Shown here: piece after piece, positions 20,010 through 30,961 of the stretch
How the letters are laid out: each line of letters opens with the position of its first letter
How positions within the stretch are numbered: the first letter of the stretch is position 1
Origin: an uncultured delta proteobacterium
GTDB taxonomy: Bacteria > Myxococcota_A > Polyangia > Polyangiales > B10-G4
DNA: 64,000 nucleotides
Assembly (NCBI GenBank): GCA_963727445.1
Contig: CAVSGI010000013.1
Coordinates: 81,316 to 145,315 of the forward strand
Direction of reading: 5' to 3'
The notes under the pieces: model-generated
Told to the model about the DNA's origin: nothing
Databases searched by the model: none
What the model saw: only the letters and a program-made list of their open reading frames with translations
Made by a program: the position numbers and the translations under genes

Positions 20010-21464
20010 TCATGGATCGTCGTCGTCGGGGTTCGCAGGGGCAGACCAGGGGCCGGATCCGGCGATCACGCGCTCGGCCGCTTCGGGTCCCCAGGTCCCT
20101 GGCTCGTACTCGTGAAGCGGTGGAGGGGCCGAGAGGATGTCGTCGACCACGCGCCACTCGGCTTCGACGCCTCCTTGCAACGCGAAGAGCTCTCCCTGAC
20201 CGGCGAGCGCGTCGCCGAGGAGCCGCTCGTAGGGAAGGAGGTCGCACCGGGGATCACGATGCGCGAGGAGCTCGACCTGTTGGCCGGCCATCTCTTCGCC
20301 GGGGCGCTTCGTGCGCATGCCGAGCGCGATCTCCACTTCGGGACCCACGCGATGCCGGAGGTAGGTGCTGCCGCCGGGGACGTGGTCTCCGAGCGCCGCT
20401 CGTACCGGGCGGCGGAACGTCACCAGCGCCTCGGTCACCGTCGCGGGGAGACGCTTGCCCGCGCGGATGAAGAAGGGCACGTCGGCCCATCGCGCATCGT
20501 CGATGAAGAGCCGAACGGCGCAGAACGTCTCGACGTCGGAGTCGGGAGCTACGCCGGCTTCGTCGCGGTAGCCGCGGTATTGGCCTCGCACCACGTCGTC
20601 GCGCCCGAGGGGCTTGATCGCTCGGATCAGGCGCGCGCGTTCCTCGCGGAGCGATTCGCCACCCGAAGGCGGGTCCATCGCGAGGGTCGCGACCAACTGC
20701 AGCAGATGGTTCTGGAGGACGTCGCGGATCGCCCCCGTCTGATCGTAGAACGCGCCGCGCCCCTCGACGCCGAAGGTCTCGGCCATCGTGATCTGCACGC
20801 TGCGGATGAAGTGTCGATGCCAGATCGGCTCGAAGATGCTGTTCGCGAAGCGGAAGTAGCTGAGGTTCTCGACCGGCTCCTTACCGAGGAAGTGGTCGAT
20901 TCTGTAGACGCGCGACTCCGGAAAGACGTCGAGGATCGTTCGGTTCAGCGCCTCGGCCGAGGCGAGGCTGTTCCCGAAGGGCTTCTCGACGACGAGGCTT
21001 CCGTCGCGGATGCAACCGGTCCGCTCGAGCGACTCGACCACCTGGCCGAAGAGCGCTGGCGGGATGGCCATGTAGAAGAGCGGCCGCTCGGCGTTGCCGA
21101 GCGCTCGGCGCAGCGACTCGAAGGTGCTGATGTCGCGGTAGTCACCGTTCACGTACGCGAGTCGTGAAGCGAGCTCGTCGAAGGTCTCGGGGTCGACCTC
21201 ACCCTCCTCGTGCTCGATACCGTCGCGCGCGCGTGCCGCGAGCTCTTTCACGCTCCAATCGGCCCTCGCCACTCCGATGATGGGAACGCGAAGGCAATCT
21301 CGCCGGGTGAGCCGATAGAGCGCCGGAAAGACCTTCTTGTGTGCGAGGTCGCCGGTCGCACCGAAGAACACGAGCGTGTCTGCCTTGCGCGTGCTCACCT
21401 CTTTCGTCGCTTTTCGCGAGAGACCCTCATGCCCCGGTCGTAGGCACGAAACGGCGCGCGGCAA
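20010..21464 (-). CDS. zwf: glucose-6-phosphate 1-dehydrogenase
   Basis: FGATGDLAHKKVFPALY, EKPFG, RIDHFLGKE and YRGYRDE motifs. A 17-nt gap to tal suggests a zwf-tal operon. The exact start (TTG/GTG) is uncertain. Confidence 0.9.
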   Translation of the reverse strand: MPRAVSCLRPGHEGLSRKATKEVSTRKADTLVFFGATGDLAHKKVFPALYRLTRRDCLRVPIIGVARADWSVKELAARARDGIEHEEGEVDPETFDELASRLAYVNGDYRDISTFESLRRALGNAERPLFYMAIPPALFGQVVESLERTGCIRDGSLVVEKPFGNSLASAEALNRTILDVFPESRVYRIDHFLGKEPVENLSYFRFANSIFEPIWHRHFIRSVQITMAETFGVEGRGAFYDQTGAIRDVLQNHLLQLVATLAMDPPSGGESLREERARLIRAIKPLGRDDVVRGQYRGYRDEAGVAPDSDVETFCAVRLFIDDARWADVPFFIRAGKRLPATVTEALVTFRRPVRAALGDHVPGGSTYLRHRVGPEVEIALGMRTKRPGEEMAGQQVELLAHRDPRCDLLPYERLLGDALAGQGELFALQGGVEAEWRVVDDILSAPPPLHEYEPGTWGPEAAERVIAGSGPWSAPANPDDDDP

Positions 21465-21482
21465 GCGCGCTCCCGCGAGACC

Positions 21483-22313
21483 TCAGGCCTGTCGACCGGG
21501 CGCCCGCGGCAGGACGAGCGCCTCGACGGCGCGTGCAAAACCCTCCTCGGTGTTCGGAGGCGCGACCTCGTCGGCCTGCGCCTTGACGTCATCGTTTGCG
21601 TTCCCCATTGCAATGCTCAGACCGCTCGCCTCGAACATGTCGACGTCGTTGGGCATGTCGCCGAAGGTGGCGATGCGGTCGAGCGGGACCGAAAGAAGGG
21701 TGGAGAGGCGCTCGACCACCGAGCCCTTGTTGGCCTTCGGGTGAGTGATGTCGAGGTAGTAGGGCTGTGAGCGCGAAGCCGAGACCTCCGAGCCCAGCCC
21801 GGCGGCCTCCTTCTCGGTGCGCGCCATGCGGTCGGGGTCGTCGCTGACGCCGACGATCTTCACTGCACGATCGAGCAGGTCGTCCAGCGTCTCGACCACA
21901 GTGGGCTCGAACTCCACGGTGCGCTGCTCCTTGTCAACGTGGGGTGCGTCAGCGTCGCGGACGTACCACTCCTTTCCACGGTAGACCCACACGTCGAGTC
22001 CGCACTCTTCGAGCAGTGAAACGGCGTCGCGCGCGGAGCTCGCCGGAATGACGTGCTGCTCGAGAACGCTCAGCTGGTGATCGACGAACATCCCGCCGTT
22101 GAAGGTGGCGAGGGGGGTGTGGATGGCGAGGGGGTCGATCAGCATCCTCATGCCGCGGGGCGGCCGACCGCTGGTCAGCGCGACTCTCACCCCGGCCTCT
22201 CGGAGGGCCCTCACGGCGCCCTGAGCGCGTTTGGTGAGCTCCTTGTCCGGGGTGAGAAGCGTGCCGTCGACGTCGACGACGGCGAGCTCGATGGGGCTGG
22301 CGTCGTGGTTCAT
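21483..22313 (-). CDS. HAD-superfamily hydrolase, Cof/HAD-IIB type
   Basis: VDVDGTLL motif I, ...TSGRP..., [10 protein letters not shown] motif IV. Confidence 0.8.
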   Translation of the reverse strand: MNHDASPIELAVVDVDGTLLTPDKELTKRAQGAVRALREAGVRVALTSGRPPRGMRMLIDPLAIHTPLATFNGGMFVDHQLSVLEQHVIPASSARDAVSLLEECGLDVWVYRGKEWYVRDADAPHVDKEQRTVEFEPTVVETLDDLLDRAVKIVGVSDDPDRMARTEKEAAGLGSEVSASRSQPYYLDITHPKANKGSVVERLSTLLSVPLDRIATFGDMPNDVDMFEASGLSIAMGNANDDVKAQADEVAPPNTEEGFARAVEALVLPRAPGRQA

Positions 22314-22465
22314 TCAGCATGTCCTCTCATTGCCCTCTCATGGGCGCGGAACGGCGCGCCACCAGCCCCCGAGCCGATGCGAGGGCGACAAGCGGAGCTA
22401 GGAGTGCGGCACGGGGCTTTACCCGTTGGCGCGATCCAACGCACCATCCGCGCCTGGAGGCTCAT

Positions 22466-24094
<1,629 letters not shown>

Positions 24095-24231
24095 ATCGGA
24101 CGGCCCGATGGCGCGGGTGATGGATACTGAGAATCAGTTTCAACTTCAACATTACCGTCTTGTTGGCGAGTGAGGTGAAGCTCGTCGCCCGCCCACGCAT
24201 GGGGACTAGTGTCGTATCGAACGGAGACCTC

Positions 24232-24642
24232 ATGCGCGGTTTGACACTCTCGTCGTTCTCGATGCTCTTTCTCTTCATGGCGATGGGCGCGGGCTGTCAG
24301 TCCCGCAGACCGACTGGCCCACCGGTGGTCGCGGACGGAGGCACCTCGGATGATGGAGGCACCCCGGATGCCTACATGGCCGACAGCGGCATGCCGATGA
24401 TGGACCCCGACACGGGCATGGCCGCTTGTACGAACGACACCTGGGCAGACTGGCCGAGGACGTTCTTCAGCGACCACTGCACGCGCTGCCACGGGAGTCA
24501 GCTGTCGTCGCTCTCGGTCGTACGCGCCAACGAAGGCGTCATCTCCTCGGACATCTCCTCAGGCCGCATGCCGCGAGACGAGAGGCTCTCGAGCGCGGAC
24601 AAGGATCGCATCCTCACCTGGCTGAGCTGCGGCGCGCCCTGA
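24232..24642 (+). CDS. small c-type cytochrome-like lipoprotein
   Basis: Lipobox LFLFMAMGAGC. A single CxxCH heme-binding motif (HCTRCHG) and a downstream candidate Met ligand (GRMP). Confidence 0.55.
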   Translation: MRGLTLSSFSMLFLFMAMGAGCQSRRPTGPPVVADGGTSDDGGTPDAYMADSGMPMMDPDTGMAACTNDTWADWPRTFFSDHCTRCHGSQLSSLSVVRANEGVISSDISSGRMPRDERLSSADKDRILTWLSCGAP

Positions 24643-24707
24643 GACCCGCCAGAGCGCGTCACTTCATGTTCCCGATGTTCATCGCCGCGTCGAGGAACGC
24701 GATGGCT

Positions 24708-26744
24708 TCATTCGCCCAGTGAGTCCGCGGCCCCGGGAACGGGGAGCGTCGTGGCGTCGAGGTTCTGAGAGTTGTCCACGTACTGGATGCCGTCGAGGTC
24801 ACCGAGGTCCTGTGCGTCGCTCTGCACACAGGCGCCGATCTCGGCGTGGGCGATTTCGCCATCCGCGAGGGTCACGCTCCCGCCGCCATCGACCTGAACG
24901 CCGCAGAGGGCGGTGCGGTCGATCTCGAAACGCTCGACCGTGCCCGTGCTCCCGGCGTAGAGGCCGAGCGCGTGGCCACCCGGACCGAAGACGCCGCAGC
25001 TCGTCTCGTAGCATGCCGCCCAGTCGACGTCGAAGATGCGAAGGTCGTGCGCAGTGAGATGTGCGTCGAAGGTGGCCATCACGCCGACATCACGGACGCG
25101 CTGCAACTCGACCCTCTCCAGGCTGAGCTCCGCATTCGTCTGAGCCACGGCGCCCCGACCGAAGAGTCCGTCTCTCGGTCGGCTCGCGACATCCTCCACC
25201 AGCACGTCCGTCGCACTGAGAGAGGACCCCTCCTCGGCCACGAAGATCGCCATCTCGATCAAGCGCGCGAAGTGTCCGCGCTCCACGGTGAGCGAGCCGC
25301 CCTGCTGCACCGAAAGCGCGCGCCCCGTTCCAGTACCGGGAGACTCGAGAACGTCGTGTACCGTCAGGTCCGTCACGTCGACGGTGCTCCCGAAGACGGC
25401 GACCCCTGCCTCGTGCGCCCCGGTCACGAAGACGCGCGATGCGCTCAACTGGGCGCCGGTCTGCGCCGAAAGCCCGCGGCCCGAATATCCGGCGGCCGCC
25501 ACGGCGACGTCACGGATCACCAGGTCCGAGACGCTCGCCGTCGCGACGCCCACGAAGACCCCCATCTCGTGTACCGCGTCGGCCAGGATGCGGCGTCCTT
25601 CGAACGATGCGCCTTCCTGCACGTTGATCGCGCGGCCGAGAGACGGCGTGCCGTCGACGCCCGCGACCTCCCGGATGACGGTGTCCTCTGCGACGACTTG
25701 CGAACCATCGTTCACTGCGATGATCCCGCCCTCGCGGAGATCGAAGAGGACCACCCGCCGCATCTCGACTCGGCCACCTCTCGCGACCACGACGCCCGAG
25801 CCGCGTCCCGCGGCGACCGCAGCGACGCCACTGATCGACGCGTCCTCGAGGGTCAGAATCGTCCCATCGCCCGTCACGTAGATCCCCTGCTCCGCTCCCC
25901 CTTCGATCACGATGTCGTGCATGACCACGGTGGCCTGGGTCTCGAAGGACGCGCCCCGCCCCAATATGCCGGATGTGGTCTGGGTGCGTTTCACTACGGC
26001 GCGTTCGATATCGAGATGCGACTCCAGCTCCGCGTAGATCCCCACCGCAGTGGCCTCGATCACCAACACGTCGGCGATGTTGGCGGTCGTCTCCGGGTCC
26101 GCCACGTAGATTCCGATGCGGCCGCTCGGCCCGATGCCGAAGTTCGTCGCGTTCACCGACGCCCCGCCGGAGATGGTGATCACGCCGGCGGCGATGGAGG
26201 AGGTCGGAGAGTGAATGATCACGCCCTCCGCGCAGGCGCCGAGGAGCGTCAGGTCGGTGCGCACCTCGACCTCCTCCTCGTACTCGCCGGCGGCGATCGC
26301 GATCGTGTCACCCGGATTGGCGCTCGCGACAGCCTCCGAGATGGTTCCGAAAGGATCGGTCCGCGTTCCCGTCCCCGCGGCGCCGGCACGCACGAAGAGC
26401 GCATCTGTCGGCGCGTCTCGTGGCCACCCATCGGCCGGGCAGGCCGATCCGATCCTCGTACAGCCTTCGGCTCCCGGGAAGCGCGCCTCGTGGTCGGCGC
26501 AGCTCGGCGCGGGCCCCTCCGGCCACGGCAAGCAGAAGGTCGGGCCGTCCTCGATGGAAGCCTCGACCCACTCAGCCGGACACGGGGTCAGGCGCGGGAG
26601 CTCCGGTGGGGCCGGCGTGGCGACCTCGATTCCCGCATCCAGGGGCGCGCTATCCGCGCTCCCTGCGTCTTCGATGGTCGGCTCTTCGCTCCCGCACCCC
26701 ATCGACGCGACTGCGAGCACGAAGAGCGAGGATCGAAACCGCAT
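24708..26744 (-). CDS. lipoprotein with right-handed parallel beta-helix repeats (pectin-lyase-like fold)
   Basis: MRFRSSLFVLAVASMGC lipobox. Repetitive V/I-x-G-x hydrophobic periodicity with many short Gly/Ala/Val-rich turns. Confidence 0.65.
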   Translation of the reverse strand: MRFRSSLFVLAVASMGCGSEEPTIEDAGSADSAPLDAGIEVATPAPPELPRLTPCPAEWVEASIEDGPTFCLPWPEGPAPSCADHEARFPGAEGCTRIGSACPADGWPRDAPTDALFVRAGAAGTGTRTDPFGTISEAVASANPGDTIAIAAGEYEEEVEVRTDLTLLGACAEGVIIHSPTSSIAAGVITISGGASVNATNFGIGPSGRIGIYVADPETTANIADVLVIEATAVGIYAELESHLDIERAVVKRTQTTSGILGRGASFETQATVVMHDIVIEGGAEQGIYVTGDGTILTLEDASISGVAAVAAGRGSGVVVARGGRVEMRRVVLFDLREGGIIAVNDGSQVVAEDTVIREVAGVDGTPSLGRAINVQEGASFEGRRILADAVHEMGVFVGVATASVSDLVIRDVAVAAAGYSGRGLSAQTGAQLSASRVFVTGAHEAGVAVFGSTVDVTDLTVHDVLESPGTGTGRALSVQQGGSLTVERGHFARLIEMAIFVAEEGSSLSATDVLVEDVASRPRDGLFGRGAVAQTNAELSLERVELQRVRDVGVMATFDAHLTAHDLRIFDVDWAACYETSCGVFGPGGHALGLYAGSTGTVERFEIDRTALCGVQVDGGGSVTLADGEIAHAEIGACVQSDAQDLGDLDGIQYVDNSQNLDATTLPVPGAADSLGE

Positions 26745-26786
26745 CCTCGTCGATCCTACACGTTCGGAGGGTTGGCGGCTCCTCGC

Positions 26787-28064
26787 TCAGGCCTCGGGCA
26801 GCTCGACCCCCGACAGAGCCGCATCGAGCGCGCGTTGAATCTCTTGGATGCGCTCGTTCGTCGGCAGCTCGGCGAAGGCGAGCGTCACCTGCTGCGTCTC
26901 CAGCCGTTCCTCGTCGCGCACGGGAAACTGGACCCGGCCCGGTCCGGTCGGCGCTTCGTATCCCTCCAAGAAGGGCGCGAGGGAACCCGGGGCAGAGAGC
27001 ACGTACTCCACCGCGCTGCCGGGTCCCCCGCCCCTGGTGCTGATGTCGTGCAGCGTCAGCGACTCGTCGTAGGGCGCGAGCCGCCACGCGTCGGCTTCGC
27101 GCTCCGTCAGGGCAACGAGCGCCGCATCGAAGCGCTCCGACAGGAGCGGCATGTGGTGCTTCGCGTGGTGCTGCCAGGCCCGGCCGCGACCGCTCGGGCT
27201 CTCGTGGTACGCGGCGATCATGCTGAGCTGCAGGAGGTGGTGCGCTCCCTTTCGCCGCAGGATCGAGGGGTCGATGTCGGGCGGATCGATGGTGATGTCG
27301 ACGTTGGCGTGCTGACCCGTGAGCTCGCGCTTGTAGGCGGGCGCGCTTGCCGCGACGAGCTCGGCGGTGCGCTCCGCCTTCACGTACCGGCCGACCTCGC
27401 CCTCGGAAGCACGCCACCCAAAGGTCGCCGCCGTCAACTCGTCGGGCTGACAATAGAGCTGATGATCGAACTCCGCCCTCTCGTGCACCTCCCCGTCGTG
27501 GACGTGCACCGTCGGAAAGAAGAGCACCCGCGGGTCTCGGCGCGGGAAGACGAACGCCATCGGATGGATCGTCTGCTGTCGCACCCGCCGAAACCAGCTC
27601 CGCTGGGAAGCCAACTTGAACACCGCGAACCCATGGTCGCGATACTGCGGCAGCTGATCCCAGATGTGCGGGTCCAGCTGAAACCGTTCGTCCAGACGAC
27701 CGAAGTCGCCGCGGGTGGGCACGAAGGACGCGTCGAACTCGCCCACCCGATGCACCTCCAGCTTCTTGGACTCGAGCGCGAAGGTCTGCGTGCCGAAGGC
27801 GCTGCGCCCCCGGGAGATCGGCGCCGGGAAGGCGGAGTCCAGGTCTTGGAAGAAGCTCGGATACCCCGAAAGGTCCACGAAGCGCACCGCGTCCTCCGCC
27901 GGCTTCGGCGGAACCGGCAGTGGCAGGATCATCGCGAGGTCCTCCGCGATGGCCACGCTCATGCTGTAGACGAGCGCCTGCTCACCGTCGGGCAAGGAGC
28001 GCGCGAAGATCCGCGTCTTCGCCACGTGTCGCACCGGCCTCGAGAACATGCACATGGTCGACAA
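26787..28064 (-). CDS. hypothetical protein (conserved-looking, no family recognised)
   Basis: 425-aa ORF with protein-like composition. Divergent from the PP2C gene. The start could be M1 or an internal Met. Confidence 0.5.
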   Translation of the reverse strand: MSTMCMFSRPVRHVAKTRIFARSLPDGEQALVYSMSVAIAEDLAMILPLPVPPKPAEDAVRFVDLSGYPSFFQDLDSAFPAPISRGRSAFGTQTFALESKKLEVHRVGEFDASFVPTRGDFGRLDERFQLDPHIWDQLPQYRDHGFAVFKLASQRSWFRRVRQQTIHPMAFVFPRRDPRVLFFPTVHVHDGEVHERAEFDHQLYCQPDELTAATFGWRASEGEVGRYVKAERTAELVAASAPAYKRELTGQHANVDITIDPPDIDPSILRRKGAHHLLQLSMIAAYHESPSGRGRAWQHHAKHHMPLLSERFDAALVALTEREADAWRLAPYDESLTLHDISTRGGGPGSAVEYVLSAPGSLAPFLEGYEAPTGPGRVQFPVRDEERLETQQVTLAFAELPTNERIQEIQRALDAALSGVELPEA

Positions 28065-28192
28065 CCATGCCGCGTTCTTCGCCCGCCGTCAGCACCCGAG
28101 CGGCTCGGGGGCCGCGCGGCATGCGCGACACCGGACGAGGCGCCGGTGTGAGGTGGTCGCCGTCCGAAGCGCGCCAAGTGTAGCCTGAGTGC

Positions 28193-29974
28193 GTGGACAC
28201 GAGGAGACCTTCCGACGTCGCCGCCGAGGCGTGGGCCCGCCACGCGAAGGAGCGCACGGCGCGCGGGGAGCCCCCGCTCGAGGGACGCGACCTCGTGTCG
28301 GCGATCGCCGCGCTGATGCGCGAGACGCCAGGTGCCTACCGTGTAGCGGAGGGGCAGGCGCTCACCGCGATCGATGCCCGCTTTCGCGACGCGGGCGAAG
28401 TCTACGTGCGCCTCGAAGATGGCGCGCTCGAAGCGCAGGATCGTTCGGCGCTCGGCAACGTGATCGAGGAGATCACGCGCGCGTTCCTGCTCGGCGCAGC
28501 GCACGACGCGCCGCTGCCGAGCCCGGAGCAGGTTCTTTGGGTCATCGCGCATGCGTGGTCTCGACGAGGCGCGTCGTCCTTCGAGCTCACGCCCATCCTC
28601 GAGCCGCAGGCCGAGGACGAGGCGCCCGGGCGTTCACCCCTTCCCAGCCGCCGGCGCTTTCGACACGAAGACGGAACGGTCTGGGCCGTCGCGCCCGACG
28701 GCACCGCTCTTCACCTGACCATCTCGCTGCCCGGCGACCCCGATCCCGTCGAGCGCACCCGGGCCTTCGACGACGCGGAGGAGTGCCGCACGGCTCTTCG
28801 GGAGCTCGTGGAGTCGCAGCTCGCCGACGGGTTCGAAGAGGACTGGAGCACTGCCGCTTTCGGGATGACGCGTGCGGGCACAGAGCGCGGCGAGTGCACG
28901 GACCGATTCTTCGCCGACCACGATCGCGGTCTCTTCGTCGTCGCCGATGCATTTGGCGACGTGCAGGCAGCCGATCGGGTGATCATGTGCCTGCGGCGCG
29001 CCGCAGAGACGGCGACCGGCGATGGAGCGGGCGTGCTTCGCAAAGCGATCGAGGAGGCGGATCGCCAGATCGCTGCGGCGCCGGCGGTCCGCGGCATGGG
29101 TGCATCCGTCGTGGCCCTCCTGCTTCGCCGGCCGACGGCCCATCTGGCGTGGGTTCAGCACAGTCGGGCCTATGCGATCCGCGACGACGGCCTCGCGCTC
29201 CTCACACCGGACGACTGGTCCGCGGGTCCGACGGAGTGGGGATTCGACCTCGCGAGCGCCTCCGGAGACGGACTGAGGCTGCCAGAGCCCTGGCCGCTCG
29301 TCGGAAGCGGACAGGTGCGCGTGGAGGAGCGTCGCATCGACGTCGACCGCGGGGGCATGTGGCTTCTGTGCTCCGACGGCCTTCACCGACTCCACCCGCC
29401 CGACGAGCTTCACGCTGTGCTCGCGCACGGGTGCAGCGTTCCTCTGGCCGACGACGAGGCGTGCCTCGCGCGCATGGCGGCCAGGCTCACCTGGTTCAGC
29501 GCGGCGGACGACGATCGCACCGTGCTCCTCGTGGCGGCGAAGACGTTCGCGCCGTCGAGGAAGTTCCCGAAGCGCCTCCTCAGCGGCGTAGCCTGGGTCT
29601 TCTCGATCCCCACGGGCGACGCGCCGGCAGCGACGATCGACGGGCCCGCCGAGGTCGAGCGCGAGCTCCGCGAGCTCTCTCCCGAGCACCTCTCGACGAT
29701 GCGCTCGGTCGTTCTCGAAGAGCCGGAGGTCGACGTGCTTGTCGAGATCTGGTCGCCCGCGGACGAGGAGAGGATCACGACGCGGCTGCGCCTGCGCGCG
29801 AAGGACGACACGCGTTTCACCGGGCTCGAGCTCCTGGAGCGGCTCCACGACGCCATCGCCAGTGCCCAGAGCGCGGGCCGCACCCTCGGCGACCGCCGCT
29901 TCCTCGAAGGTCTCGAGCTCACGCGCCCCGGGCCAGACGGCGTCCCGACCTACGGCGCGATCCTGGGCTCGTGA
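28193..29974 (+). CDS. multidomain PP2C-family Ser/Thr phosphatase with N-terminal WGR-like segment and C-terminal extension
   Basis: PP2C motifs FVVADAFGD, GMGASVVALLL, HSRAYAIRDDGLALLTPDD, LLCSDGL. The N-terminal RFRHEDGTVWAVAPDGTALHLTISLPGD...FDDAEECRTALRELVESQLADGFEE fits the WGR pattern loosely. Confidence 0.7.
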   Translation: MDTRRPSDVAAEAWARHAKERTARGEPPLEGRDLVSAIAALMRETPGAYRVAEGQALTAIDARFRDAGEVYVRLEDGALEAQDRSALGNVIEEITRAFLLGAAHDAPLPSPEQVLWVIAHAWSRRGASSFELTPILEPQAEDEAPGRSPLPSRRRFRHEDGTVWAVAPDGTALHLTISLPGDPDPVERTRAFDDAEECRTALRELVESQLADGFEEDWSTAAFGMTRAGTERGECTDRFFADHDRGLFVVADAFGDVQAADRVIMCLRRAAETATGDGAGVLRKAIEEADRQIAAAPAVRGMGASVVALLLRRPTAHLAWVQHSRAYAIRDDGLALLTPDDWSAGPTEWGFDLASASGDGLRLPEPWPLVGSGQVRVEERRIDVDRGGMWLLCSDGLHRLHPPDELHAVLAHGCSVPLADDEACLARMAARLTWFSAADDDRTVLLVAAKTFAPSRKFPKRLLSGVAWVFSIPTGDAPAATIDGPAEVERELRELSPEHLSTMRSVVLEEPEVDVLVEIWSPADEERITTRLRLRAKDDTRFTGLELLERLHDAIASAQSAGRTLGDRRFLEGLELTRPGPDGVPTYGAILGS

Positions 29975-29977
29975 GGG

Positions 29978-30889
29978 TCAACGCGGCCGCGGGCGTGCGT
30001 CCGCGCGGGCGTAGTGCTTCCCGCATTCACGCTCGCGGCCTCGGACCACCCGGCGACCGCGCAGCTCGCCCCGATACTCGGTGACGATCGTCGCCTGCGA
30101 CTCGTGGCCGTCCTTCTCCCAGTAGACGACGACCCAGTCGCGGGTCTTGTCGAGCCGGTGGGCGAGCGCGGTATTCGAGAAGAGGAGCGTGAAGCCCCAC
30201 CCTTCGGCCTCGGTGTGCCAGATGGGCAGCCACTTGTCGCCTTTGTCGTTGAAGCGCCGCGGCACGATCCTGGGCAAGGCGTCCCGCTCGGCGCGCCGCC
30301 GGTACTCGGCGTCGAGGGCGAGGAGGAGCGAGACCTTCGGCGTGTCGTCCTCGCGCTCGTCATGGGTGCGGGCGGCAGCCACCCGGCGGGCGCGGCGGCG
30401 CGTGGAACGGCCGAGCTGCGCCGCGAGGAGATCGCGGATGGCGTGCGCGCGACGGGGCCCGACGCCGGGGACCTTCTCGAGGCGACCGTCGTGAGCGGCA
30501 ACCTCCAGCTCCTCCAGGGTGTCGACCTCGAGCTCTTCGTGGATCCGCGCGGCGAGGGTCTCGCCGATGCCGGGTAGCGTCATGAAGAGCTCCTCCGGCG
30601 ACACCTCTCCGCGGAGCCGATCGAGGAAGAGCCAGCGCCCTCGATACCCCATCTCCTCGATCGCCGCCGCGATCGAGCGCCCGATCGTCGGCACCGCCAC
30701 CAGCCCCTCCGCGCCGTCCCGGTCGAGGATGGCGATCGCCGGCTCCTCGAGATGGCGAAGCGTCTCCGCCGCATGCTGGTAGGCCCGCATCCGATAGCCA
30801 TCGCCGCCGTGGGCGCGCAACAGCTCCGCCGCCTCCTCGAGCTGGTCGGCGATCTCCTCATTCGTCCAGCGATGCGGCGCCTTCGTCAC
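29978..30889 (-). CDS. helix-hairpin-helix DNA-binding protein (PolX N-terminal 8-kDa/fingers-like) with uncharacterised C-terminal domain
   Basis: NEEIADQLEEAAELLRAHGGDGYRMRAYQHAAETL..., LPGIGETLAARI and LEKVPGVGPRRAHAI HhH motifs. Lies 72 nt downstream of the MVP gene on the same strand. Confidence 0.6.
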   Translation of the reverse strand: MTKAPHRWTNEEIADQLEEAAELLRAHGGDGYRMRAYQHAAETLRHLEEPAIAILDRDGAEGLVAVPTIGRSIAAAIEEMGYRGRWLFLDRLRGEVSPEELFMTLPGIGETLAARIHEELEVDTLEELEVAAHDGRLEKVPGVGPRRAHAIRDLLAAQLGRSTRRRARRVAAARTHDEREDDTPKVSLLLALDAEYRRRAERDALPRIVPRRFNDKGDKWLPIWHTEAEGWGFTLLFSNTALAHRLDKTRDWVVVYWEKDGHESQATIVTEYRGELRGRRVVRGRERECGKHYARADARPRPR

Positions 30890-30961
30890 GCATGACAGAT
30901 AAGCGCGGACGGCCGGAGGGCCAGACGGACCCAGCCCGTCGCCGACCGTCCCTCGCTCCCC

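Noticed and set aside
24846-28151. 1101-aa plus-strand ORF spanning two minus-strand genes
   Set aside because: Arg/Asp/His-rich low-complexity translation antisense to the beta-helix lipoprotein and the hypothetical gene; spurious.
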